A stretch of 64,000 bases of DNA from Somniosus microcephalus (taxonomy: Eukaryota): NCBI GenBank assembly GCA_052327205.1, contig CM126204.1, forward strand, positions 352,842,001 through 352,906,000, in the 5' to 3' direction. The translations under genes were made by a program, and so were the position numbers. Below, in pieces: positions 50,301-60,838 of this stretch (position 1 is the stretch's first letter; each line of letters begins with the position of its first letter). The notes below the pieces were generated by a model. That model saw only the letters and a list, made by a program, of their open reading frames with translations, did not search any database and was not told where the DNA came from.

Positions 50301-51887
50301 TACGCAGTTCGACCAAGTATTCCGCGTTGCTTTCCTCTTTCCGTTGCGTTCTCGCATAAAATTTGAATCATTCCGCCAACATCAGCGGTGTGGGGTTCAA
50401 ATGATCCTTCAGGACAGCAACAATATCAGCGAAAGTCTGATCCGCCGGTTTAGCTGGTGATAGAAGATGCTTCAATAGCCCGTATGTCTTCGCCCCCATT
50501 GCGTTTAATAAGGTGAGAGCTTTATCATCATCTGCTATTTTATTGGCCTCACAATATATCTCGATGCGTTCTACGTACGTGGCCCAATCTTCCACTTCGG
50601 AATCGAAGTTGTTGATGTTACCATGCTTAGGCATCTTCACTATCTTTTTGAGAAACCACAACGAATTTGTTCGTTACTTTTTTTTTCCAAAAATGGCGGT
50701 TTCCCGCGCTTCTGTCTTCTTCCCCCCTACTGGCGGCTTCCCGCATTTCTTCCCCTGGCGGGAGGGGTAAGCTTTCCTTCGGGCGACGACCGCTGGCTTT
50801 CGGAGTTCGCAGCCTGCGCGCCGGCTTCAGTGCGTTCCTTGTTCCCTTTTCTCGGCCGGCAACCGGCGCTGGGGACAACCCGTTGGCGGCGAACAGTTCC
50901 AGCCGCTGGGCGGAATCTCGCTCGGTCTCCCTCGCTCGGTCCCGTTCCCCCTTCACTCGGCTCTGTCTCTCCCTCAGCGGCTTCCAATCGCGCCTCCCAG
51001 CCCTCTCGCAGTCCGGTCCTTTCCTCCCCCGGCTGCGGCTGAGTTCTCCGCGGTTTTATTTATTTTTATATCTTCCCGCGCCTTACAATCCCGGTCGCAG
51101 CGCCTCGTGGCCTCGGTAGCTGCCCGGCCTTTTTCGCCGGTCGCGGTCTAGCTGTCTCACGACGCTGTTGCGTCTCCCAGCCCGCTTGTAGCCCGGTCTC
51201 TCACACCGGCTGCGTTCCCGCTTGTAGCCCGGTCTCTCACACCGGCTGCGTTCCCGCTTGTACCGCGGCTTCCGTGCCCTACGCTGCCCCAGTCTCAGCG
51301 CCTCTGGGCCCGACTTCTGTCCGGCTCCTTTCCCCCGACCGTGGTCGAGTTCACCGCCCTTATCCTCCGTTTCTTTTTATTTTCCCCCTACTCACAGTCA
51401 ACGTGGCCGACTTGCTTCTCTTGGCTGATCGGCTCACTCACCGCCGTGGCAGAAGGGACAATAACAGCCTGTTGCTGATGGAAGGCTTCGTGTCTGAATC
51501 CTTCCTTCTTCCTTGCTCTGCAGACTCGAGTCTTCTCTCAGCAGAACGACGAGGGCGGGTGCCTCTTCTCGACGCTCGTTAACTGCTTCAGGTGTGTCGC
51601 TGCCGCAGGGTAAGATCGAACCCGTCGCCACTGTAAAGTCTGTGGGTTATATGGTGAATTAATACACAGACTACAAGAGTAACTTTAACAGGACTTTACT
51701 ATTCGAAGGTCAGGGCGAATCTGCCCAATAAATCCTTACACAGCACTTATATACCGGTGTGGTCACCACCGGTATTACAGTATACAGCAGCCAAGATAAA
51801 GTAGTGCAACACCTAAAATAGTTCTCTTAAAGGTGGACGGTTACATACAATAGTTCTCTTAAAGGTAGAACGGTTACATACACTACA
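47315..51887 (-). mobile_element. Non-autonomous Gypsy LTR element B carrying host-gene-like cargo
   Basis: 256-bp LTRs 47315-47570 and 51632-51887 (1 mismatch by eye); TSD tgagg; PBS TGGCGACGGG; PPT aaaaagggaggat; no RT/IN motifs. Confidence 0.95.
47749..50634 (-). CDS. Chimeric Gag-protease-cargo polyprotein (STK10/SLK-like coiled coil + optineurin-like segment with LIR + DNAJC21-like zinc finger + integrase C-terminal tail); single CGA>TGA stop at 50368-50370
   Basis: ORFs 50368..50661 and 47749..50316 are in the same frame; Gag/PR homologous to element A; cargo motifs [88 protein letters not shown]. Confidence 0.85.
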
Positions 51888-52064
51888 TGAGGGACATGTT
51901 AAAGTGTTACACATATAGAACCCAAGAATCATACAGCACAGAAGAAGGCCATCCAAGTGGATAAGGCAAGCGCTGTGTCCAGACACTCAAACAGCTCCAT
52001 ATATTGAGCATGGTGCTCATTGCACAAGCCTATTCAGCCATGTGGTCCTAGATTACTCTCTCTG

Positions 52065-52248
52065 GGGGTCATTTTGACTTTGTGCAATAGTGTAAAACAG
52101 GTGATAGCGGCTCGCCAGCCCGTATTACATCTCTCTCGATTTTTATTTCCATTGAACTTAATCGAAATAAAACTCGTGAGAGCTGTTAGACGGGCTACCA
52201 ATTCACTATCACCTGTTTTGCCCTATCGCACAAAGTCAAAATGACTCC
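52065..52248. mobile_element. Small fold-back palindromic MITE
   Basis: gtcattttgactttgtgc..aaaacaggtgatag pairs with ctatcacctgtttt..gcacaaagtcaaaatgac; imperfect palindrome over ~185 bp. Confidence 0.75.
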
Positions 52249-52524
52249 CCCCCCCCACTCCCCATGTGCTTAGCTGGCCAGTTTCAATCTCACAGTTGAT
52301 TGCGTCTATCACAAATTTCGGAACAGAGTATACCAAAGTTGATGGAATGGATGCATCTACTATAAAAACATAGAATGGAATATGTTTTTTTAATTACAAA
52401 CCCAAAGAAATAACGCGGTAGAATCACAAATATGATCTAGTAGCTGATTAGCAAGGGAATATAAACACACAGGAGCGTTTCTGATTGGCATCATGAAATT
52501 GTATAGTGTGGCTGTCAGAAAAAG

Positions 52525-52940
52525 ACAAATCTTGCATTTATATGCTGCCTTTTACGTCCTCATGATGTCCCAACATGCGTTTCAGCCAATTAATTACTTT
52601 TGACAGTGTCGTCACTGTAGGTGTTTGGCAAATGCAGCAAATTGCTCACAGCAAAGTCCCACAAACAGGAAATGAGCTAAATGCCAATTTAAATTGTCTT
52701 GCTTGTGTTTCTTGAGGGATGAATGCAGGCCAGGTCACCGGGAGAACTCCCTACTCTTCTTTGAATAGTGCAAGGGGATCTTTTACGTCTAGGCAGATGG
52801 GCCCTTGGTTCAAAGTCTCATCCAACAGATGTCAGCTCTGACAATGTAGCACTCCCCCAGTACAGCAATCTGAAGAGGTAGTCTCACTTATGTCCTGGAC
52901 TGACTGGGGCTTGAGCTCAAGACCTTCTGGGAGTTCTGTG
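52525..52940 (-). mobile_element. Deu-SINE; its tRNA head continues at 57819-57845, split by element C
   Basis: Reverse complement matches the SINE core and tail; A-box (tgactcagttggtagca) lies just beyond the 3' LTR of C. Confidence 0.7.
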
Positions 52941-55900
52941 TGTAGTGTGTGTACCCGTCTACCTTTAAGAGAACTATTGTATGTAACCGTTCACCTTTAA
53001 GAGAATTATTTTAGGTGTGGCACTACTTTGTTTGGCTTCTGTATACTGTAATACCGACGGTGACCACACCAGTATATAAGTGTTGTGTCAGGAATTATTG
53101 GGCAGATTCGCCCTGACCTTCGAATAGTAAAGTCCTGTTTTAAGTTACTCTTGGAGTCTGTGTATTAATTAACTAAACAACCCACAGACTTTACAGTGGC
53201 GACGAGTCCGATCGTACCCTGTGGCAACAATACGTCCGAAGCAGTTAACGAGCGTCGAGAAGAGGCAACCGCCCTCGTCGTTCTGCTGGGAAAAAACTCG
53301 AGGCTGCAGAACTAGAAAGGAGGAAGAATTTAGAGACAAAGACTTCCATCAGCAACAGGCACTGACTGTCCCTTCTGCCACGGTGAGGAGTGAGCCGATC
53401 AGCACGAGAAGCAAGGCGGCCACGGTGACTGTGAGTAAGGGAAAGTAAAAAGAATAACCGGAGGATAAGGGCGGTGCACTCGACCACGGTCGAGGGGGAA
53501 AGGAGCCGGACAGAAGTCGGGCCCAGAGGCGCTGAGACTGGGGCAGCGTGGAGCAAGGAAGCCGCGGTACAGACAGGCTGGGGACGCAACGGCGTTGTGA
53601 GACAGCTAGACCGCGACCGGCGAAAAAGGCCGGGCAGCGACCGAAGCCACGAAGCGCTGCGACCGAGAGCGTAGGCGCGGGAAGATATAAAAACTCAGCC
53701 GCAGCCGGGGAGGGAAGCACCGGACTGCGAGAGGGCTGGGAGGCGCGATTGGGAGCCGAGTGAGCGGGAGAGGCAGAGCCGACCAAGGGAGACTGAGCGA
53801 GAGCCAGTCCAGCGGCTGAAACTGTTCGCCGTCAACGGGGTGTACCCAGCGCCGGTAGAGCCGAGCGAGCGGGAGAGAAACAGAGCCCGAGCAAGGGGAA
53901 CTGAGTGAGAGCCAGCCCAGCGGCTGAAACTGTTCGCCGTCAATGGGGTGTACCCAGCGCCGGTTGCCCTGCCGAGAAAAGGGAAAGCACTGAAGCCGAC
54001 GCGCAGGCTGTGAACCTGAAAGCCAGCGGCCGTCGCCCGTGGGGGAAGTGTACCCCTCCCGCCAGGGGAAGGAACGCGGGAAGCCGCCATTAGGCGGAGA
54101 AGAAGACAGAAGCGGGGAACCGCCATTGAAGTGGGCGGGGAGAGAAGATAAGCGCGGGAAACCGCCATTTTCGCGGGAACCGCCATCTTGGGAAAAGAAA
54201 AAAAAATTTTAAAGAAATAATTCGTGGTGTTATCAGGAAGAGAGGAAGATGCCTAAGCGTGGTAACATCAACAATTTTAATTCCGAGGTAGAAGACTGGG
54301 CCACGTATGTGGAACGCATTGAGATCTATTGTGAGGCCAATAAAATAGAAGAAGATGACAAAGCTATAACCTTGCTAAACTCGATGGGCGCGAAGACATG
54401 TGAGCTCTTGAAGCATCTACTAGCACCAGCTAAACCGGCGGATCAGACTTTCGATGATATTGTGACTGTTCTGAAGGATCACTTGAACCCCACACCGTTG
54501 ATGTTGGCGGAACGATTCAAATTCTATGCGAGAACGCAAAGGAACGATGAAAGCAACGCAGAATACTTGGTCGAACTGCGTAGACTAGCGAAACACTGCC
54601 AGTTTGGAGGGAATCTGACAGAGGCATTGCGAGACAAGTTCGTGTGCGGATTGGCAAAGGAAGGAACGCAAAAGCGACTACTCGAAGAGAACGACCTTAC
54701 ACTTGACAGGGCTGTCCTTATTGCAGCATCGCACGAAGCCGCAGCGAAGGGAACTGCGGAAATGCAGCTAAAGACAGCGGCACTCAGTGTGGATCAAATT
54801 ACCTCGACAACAACAAAATGCTATCGTTGTGGGAAGACAACACACGACCAGAACCAATGCTGGTTTAAGAACCAGGAATGTAGGAAATGTGGCAAACTGG
54901 GTCACATAGCTAAGGTATGCCGGTCAGGGAAGAAGACCAACAACCAAAGGACCAACAACCAAAGGAAGCCATCACAGGAAAAGTACAACAAGGTACACAA
55001 GGTGGCTGAGAAGAGTTCAGACGAACAGAATTCGGACTCAGACCCAAACGGCCAGGAGCTGGGTAGTCTGAGAATTCACAATGTGAGTAAGGAAGCTGAC
55101 CTACAAACTATCTGGGTCATGCTAAAAATAGCTGGAGTCCAAGTGAAAATGGAGTTGGACACTGGATCAGCTCTATCAGTCATAAATCGAAGGGATTACC
55201 ACCAGCTATTCTCACATATACCCTTAAGGGATACCAAGTTCGTATTGCAGACATACACGGGGCATAAAGTATGCCCCATGGGAAAGATAAGAGTCAAGGT
55301 GAGAGATAGGGGTAAAGAACACCCAAGAATGAACTTATACGTACTACCTGAGGGAGGACCACCACTTCTAGGATGGGAGTGGATCAAGAAAATAGACATG
55401 GAATGGCCCTATCTAAAAGCCATAACGAGTGAGGACTCGGTGCAGACAATCAGCTCAGATTCTGAATCGGATGACGATAAGACCAACCCAAATGTGAAAG
55501 ACAAGGCTAAAATGGACTTGCCGACTAAGGTTGGAAAAACGAAGGCATGCCGAAAGGCTTATGCTTCAGAGAAGAACAAAGTTTCAGAACAGAGCTCCAC
55601 CGAACAACGACAACATAGTTTGACAGAGAATTCTGAGTCTGTTCAGTTTAAGGACATATCCATGACGGAAGAACACCGAGCTCAGACTCAACTTTATTTC
55701 AAATCACGACAACAATTAGAACAATTGAGTTACCGTCTCGTACAAGAGATGAAAACAATGAAAAAGTTCTATGACACCGAATGGGAGAATCTGGAAAGAC
55801 AACAGAAGCAGCTAGCTCAAGCAGAGAGCGACCATAGAGCCATCGTGACCAATCACCGATCACATCTCCCTTATGATGTTCAGGAGTTAGAATATTTACA

Positions 55901-57818
55901 GAAAGAAGCAAATGAAGAGGAATCTTCAGGAAGCCAGGATTTTATTCCAGTTCTTCTCTACGACTCCTTACAAGCAGAGTTTGAGAAGTTGAAGGAACAG
56001 GCCCAGGCTACAATCCTGGAGGGGGTTAACTCAGCAACCTCCGAAAAGCTAGTTTCAGTGGAAGCATATGAGCAACTAAAGGTTGAACATGAACAAGAAG
56101 TCCAAAGGCTGCAGGAAATTCTTAATGAGCTCAAGGCCAAGACAGACTCATCGGTAGAAGTTCCATCCATAGATGAGAAATTAGAGGTGAAAGACATGGC
56201 AGAACATGAAAGTCAAGATGTCCAAGAACTCATAAAAATATTGAAGGAAACCCAAGACAAATATGAGGCGGCAATGACCGAGGTTCAACAACTTGAAGAA
56301 CAGATTCAACTGGGAATTCTTTCAGTGAAAGAAAAGGCAACTGTAAGAAACACAGAGACTGTAAGAATGGCCCCTGAACATGAGCTAGAGAGCATCAAGG
56401 CGCAACTTCTCCGAGCGCTTAAAGCCAAAGTACAAGAGGAAAAAAAGGTGAAAGCATTGGAGGAAAAGGTGGATGAAATAGAGAAGACTCTGATCCACAG
56501 GGTCCCCGTGGAAGAGTTAACGGTCAGCCAACTCCTTCATATGCTGAGAGACAAGACTCTGCAAGGGGAACCATTTGAACACGAGCTTCAATCTTCAAAG
56601 GGAAGGGGTTCGGAGCTCTCAAAAGTTTGGGGAATAGTTGAGGTTGCAACACAGATTTTACGGGGCTGCCGAAAGTACGCTGAATCACGTCAATGGGAAC
56701 TACAGAATGTTGAAACAGCTGCTCCAATAGAAGGATTGAATAGCCCGATCAATCAATCCCCGATGGAAGGGGAAGTATTGGAATCACAAATGAGGTCATT
56801 AGTGAAGGACTGGCAGGAAACCCAGGAAGAGCGGGATGAATATGAACGCATGAAGAAGTCTCTTCAGGAAAGATGTCTAGGGAGGGAACAACAGTCAGCT
56901 AACGTCCAGTTGGGTAAGGAAGAAGTAGCAGGCCCTCTCGCTAGACTAGCTCAAGACGACACCGAATATTACCATGACCTGTTGAGTGACACGGAATATT
57001 ACGAGGACTTGGTCTGCCCAGCTTGTGATGAAAACTCCCAAAGTGCAGAAATCAGGATGAAGCACTTAAAGTCTAAGGAACATAGGGAGATGGTGGCGCT
57101 ACAGCTGGCAGCTGATAAGGGAGCCCCGAGAGTCTCCAAGAAGCAGAAAAGAAAAAGACGAAGCAGAAGACGATAACCATCTAAATCATTATCACTTCTA
57201 TCAGATCATGCACGTGGGCCCTATGAAGGAGGCCAAATCAGTTGGAAAGTAGGAAAAATTACCAAGGCAGTCCAGCTGTTTGTAAAAGTCAGCACTGCTG
57301 GTTCAGCAGGACGGAAGTTCAAGCTGTTAAGCCAAGGGAAAGACTATTGGATGAGTCACGCTAGAAATGTGAACCGGCTACACCACAGAGATGTTGTTCG
57401 GACCGAGTTAAGACCAGAGACTGAATCTGTGAACTGTTCCCGCAGAGACTGAATCTGTGAACTGTTTCCCGCAGAGACTATATCTGTGAATTGTTTTACA
57501 TGAAGTTGATTATATGTTATGTTTAATGGGGAATAAGTATGTTGTAAGCTAAAAAGGGAGGATTGTAGTGTATGTACCCGTCTACCTTTAAGAGAACTAT
57601 TGTATGTAACCGTTCACCTTTAAGAGAATTATTTTAGGTGTGGCACTACTTTGTTTGGCTTCTGTATACTGTAATACCGACAGTGACCACACCAGTATAT
57701 AAGTGTTGTGTCAGGAATTATTGGGCAGATTCGCCCTGACCTTCGAATAGTAAAGTCCTGTTTTAAGTTACTCTTGGAGTCTGTGTATTAATTAACTAAA
57801 CAACCCACAGACTTTACA
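52941..57818 (+). mobile_element. Non-autonomous Gypsy LTR element C carrying host-gene-like cargo
   Basis: 255-bp LTRs 52941-53195 and 57564-57818 (2 mismatches by eye); TSD ctgtg/ctatg; PBS TGGCGACGAG at 53197; PPT aaaaagggaggat; no RT/IN motifs. Confidence 0.95.
54249..57176 (+). CDS. Intact 975-aa chimeric Gag-protease-cargo polyprotein (STK10/SLK-like + ANKRD24/RAI14-like + optineurin-like + DNAJC21-like segments)
   Basis: Uninterrupted ORF; Gag, 2 CCHC knuckles, LDTGS protease, then [73 protein letters not shown]-x12-H-x5-H. Confidence 0.88.
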   Translation: MPKRGNINNFNSEVEDWATYVERIEIYCEANKIEEDDKAITLLNSMGAKTCELLKHLLAPAKPADQTFDDIVTVLKDHLNPTPLMLAERFKFYARTQRNDESNAEYLVELRRLAKHCQFGGNLTEALRDKFVCGLAKEGTQKRLLEENDLTLDRAVLIAASHEAAAKGTAEMQLKTAALSVDQITSTTTKCYRCGKTTHDQNQCWFKNQECRKCGKLGHIAKVCRSGKKTNNQRTNNQRKPSQEKYNKVHKVAEKSSDEQNSDSDPNGQELGSLRIHNVSKEADLQTIWVMLKIAGVQVKMELDTGSALSVINRRDYHQLFSHIPLRDTKFVLQTYTGHKVCPMGKIRVKVRDRGKEHPRMNLYVLPEGGPPLLGWEWIKKIDMEWPYLKAITSEDSVQTISSDSESDDDKTNPNVKDKAKMDLPTKVGKTKACRKAYASEKNKVSEQSSTEQRQHSLTENSESVQFKDISMTEEHRAQTQLYFKSRQQLEQLSYRLVQEMKTMKKFYDTEWENLERQQKQLAQAESDHRAIVTNHRSHLPYDVQELEYLQKEANEEESSGSQDFIPVLLYDSLQAEFEKLKEQAQATILEGVNSATSEKLVSVEAYEQLKVEHEQEVQRLQEILNELKAKTDSSVEVPSIDEKLEVKDMAEHESQDVQELIKILKETQDKYEAAMTEVQQLEEQIQLGILSVKEKATVRNTETVRMAPEHELESIKAQLLRALKAKVQEEKKVKALEEKVDEIEKTLIHRVPVEELTVSQLLHMLRDKTLQGEPFEHELQSSKGRGSELSKVWGIVEVATQILRGCRKYAESRQWELQNVETAAPIEGLNSPINQSPMEGEVLESQMRSLVKDWQETQEERDEYERMKKSLQERCLGREQQSANVQLGKEEVAGPLARLAQDDTEYYHDLLSDTEYYEDLVCPACDENSQSAEIRMKHLKSKEHREMVALQLAADKGAPRVSKKQKRKRRSRRR

Positions 57819-58211
57819 CTATGCTACCAACTGAGTCAAGCTGACAGTTAACGGTATGAGTATGGTAGTCAAAATGAATATGTTACAACAAGGTGACAGA
57901 CGTTAAAGTACAGCTTGATAATCAATTATTGAAGGAATTAAAAACCTTGATCAAATTAATATCATGTCATTTTTTTCTCCTCATAGTGTTTAAATCTACC
58001 TTTCAACACAACATCATGACAAGTAAATCTCTGACCCACTGAGAGATATTTCAATCAAGTGAAAGTAAAAGAGACATGCTCTACTGATGCCAGATAGGGA
58101 GATCCTCAAGGAACATATTCATTGACTTCAGCATAGTCGGGCTGTTTCTAAAACTATTGGGAGCTGCTGTTCAATGCAGTCCATATCAAAGTTTACCATA
58201 GTCACAGCCCA

Positions 58212-58494
58212 ATCTGTGTGGAGTTTGCACATTCTCCCCGTGTTTGCGTGGGTTTACTCCGGGTGCTCCGGTTTCCTCCCACAGTCCAAAGATGTGCAGG
58301 TTAGGTTGATTGGCTATGATAAATTGATCCTTAGTGTTAGGGGGATTAAATACGTGGGGTTACGGGGATAGGGTGGGATATGTGTTGGTGTAGGGGTTAT
58401 GGGGATCGGGTGGGATATGTGTCGGTGCAGGCTCGATGGGCCGAAATGGCCTCTATCTGCACTGTGGGGTTTCTGTGATTCTGTGATTCTGTGA
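58212..58494 (+). mobile_element. HE1-like V-SINE, 5' truncated
   Basis: Near-identical to 33970-34203. Confidence 0.85.
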
Positions 58495-59329
58495 ATCCCA
58501 CTAACTGCAAAATAGTGCGTTGCTGTATATTATACTGCATTTGCAATTCATCTGCCCTAGTTGCTTTATCCCTTTCCCGTCAATGTTTTCTTATCGGAGA
58601 CAATTTGATACGATCTATAAACACGGACATTTAAAACATTTTCAACATCATTGATACATATTCTGAGCAGAGGCCCCATGACTGATTCCTGGGTATTCTG
58701 TTAGTCACAGCAGCCCAATTAGAACCACTCCCATTGATCGCCGGCCTTTGTTTCCGATTATTTAGCTGGTTATCCAATTTATTGCTTCTTCCCATGTCCC
58801 AAGAGTTTTCCCTTTCATGTTTCAAGTCTCTTACCAAATGACTTTTGAAAGTCAACTATCTAACACCCACCACATCAACATCATCTGCCACTCTTTTTAC
58901 ATAATCAAAGGATGTCAAATTTTTCGTCTTACAACACTCCTGTGAAGCGCCTTGGGATGTTTTACTACGTTAAAGGCGCTATATAAATACAAGTAGTTGT
59001 TGTTATTGTTGATTCCAATAAATCTGTTGAGTGTAATTTAGCTCATAAACTTGTATTTGTTTGGAATTAGTGCCTTTATATTTCTTAAATGCCCTTGACT
59101 TGCTTTCTTTATGATACTCCTTTTCCTACTATTGATGTTAAGCTAACAGGAGTATGATTTGCAGAATCATTAACCGACCCTTTAAAAATACTGCAATGCC
59201 ACATTAGCAGCCCCGGTTCTTTGCTGGGGCAAAGATCACATCAATGAGAAGCTAAGTGGATTAACTGTTAAGGTATACTTGGTCAATGTGATCTCCTGGA
59301 CTGGTTTCGATCACCTGAGGGTTTTTTTT

Positions 59330-60838
59330 TATTCATTGATGGGATGTGGGCGTCGCTGGCTAGGCCTGCATTTAATGCCCATCCCTAATTGCCCTTGAGA
59401 AGATGGTGGTGAGCCGCCTTCTTGAACCGCTGCAGTCCATATAGTGCAGGTACACCCACAATGCTGTTAGGAAGGGAGTTCCAGGATTTTGGCCCAGCGA
59501 CAGTGAAGGAACGGCGATACAGGTCCAAGTCAGGATGGTGTGTGGCTTGGAGGGGGACTTGTAGGTGGTGATGTTCCCATGCGTCTGCTGCCCTTGTCCT
59601 TCTAAGTGGTAGAGGTCGCGGGTTTGGAAGGTGCTGTTGAAGGAGCTTTGGCGAGTTGCTGCAGTGCATCTTGTAGATGGTACACACTGCAGCCACAGTG
59701 CGCCGATGGTGGAGGGAGTGAATGTTGAAGGTGGTGGATGGAGTGCCAATCAAGCGGGCTGCTTTATCCTGAATGGTGTCGAGCTTCTTGCGTGTTGTTG
59801 GAGCTGCACTCATCCAGGCAAGTGGAGAGTATTCCATCACACTCCTGACTTGTGCCTTGTAGATGGTGGAAAGGCTTTGGGGAGTCAGGAGGTGAGACAC
59901 TCACCGCAGAATTCCCAGCCTCTGGCCTGCTCTTGTAGCTACAGTATTTATATGGCTGGTCCAGTTCAGTTTCTGGTCAATGGTAACCCCCAGGATGTTG
60001 ATAGTGGGGGATTCAGCAATGGTAATGCCATTGAATGTCAAGGGGAGATGGTTAGAGTCTCGCTTGTTGGAGATGGTCATTGCCTGGCACTTGTGTGGTG
60101 CGAATGTTACTTGCCACTTGCCAGCCCAAGTCTGAATGTTGTCCAGGCCTTGCTGCATATGGACACGGACTGCGTCAGTATCTGATGAGTCTCGAATGGT
60201 GCTGAACAGTGTGCAATCATCAGCGAACATCCCCACTTCTGACCTTATGATGGAGGGAAGGTCATTGATGAAACAGCTGAAGATGGTTGGGCCTAGGACA
60301 CTGCCCTGAGGAACTCCTGCAGTGATGTCATGTGATTGAGATGAATGACCTCCAACAACCACAGCCAACTTCCTTTGTGCTAGGTATGATTCCAACCAAT
60401 GGAGAGTTTTCCCCTTGATTCCCATTGACTTCAGTTTTGCTAGGGCTCCTTGATGCCACACTCGATCAAATGCTGCCTTGATGTCAAGGGCAGTCACTCT
60501 CACCTCACCTCTTGAGTTCAGCTCTTTTGTCCATGTTTGGACCAAGGCTGTAATGAGGTCAGGAGCTGAGTGGCCCTGGCGGAACCCAAACTGGGCGTCA
60601 GTTAGCAGGCTATTGCTGAGTAAGTGCCGCTTGATAGCACTGTCGACGACACCTTCCATCACTTTGCTGATGATTGAGAGTAGACTGATGGGACAGTAAT
60701 TGGCCGGGTCGGATTTGTCCTGCTTTTTGTAGACAGGACATACTTGGGCAATTTTCCACATTGCCGGGTAGATGCCAGTGTTGTAGCTGTACCGGAACAG
60801 CTTGGCTAGGGGCGCAGCTAGTTCTGGAGCACAAGTCT
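59330..60838 (-). mobile_element. L2/CR1-superfamily LINE RT fragment
   Basis: ORFs 59901..60761 (ALDIKAAFDRVWH, VPQGSVLGP, MFADD) and 59385..59900. Confidence 0.9.

Noticed and set aside
47749-50634. Genuine host OPTN/STK10/DNAJC21 loci or ordinary processed pseudogenes
   Set aside because: The fragments are partial, concatenated, lack poly(A)/TSD signatures, and sit between LTRs in two separate insertions.
55425-57176. Cargo as an env-like gene
   Set aside because: No signal peptide or transmembrane segment is visible; it is hydrophilic coiled coil, in frame with Gag-PR.
47315-57818. B and C as a single inverted segmental duplication
   Set aside because: They have different TSDs and target SINEs, diverged LTRs and different cargo, so they are independent insertions.
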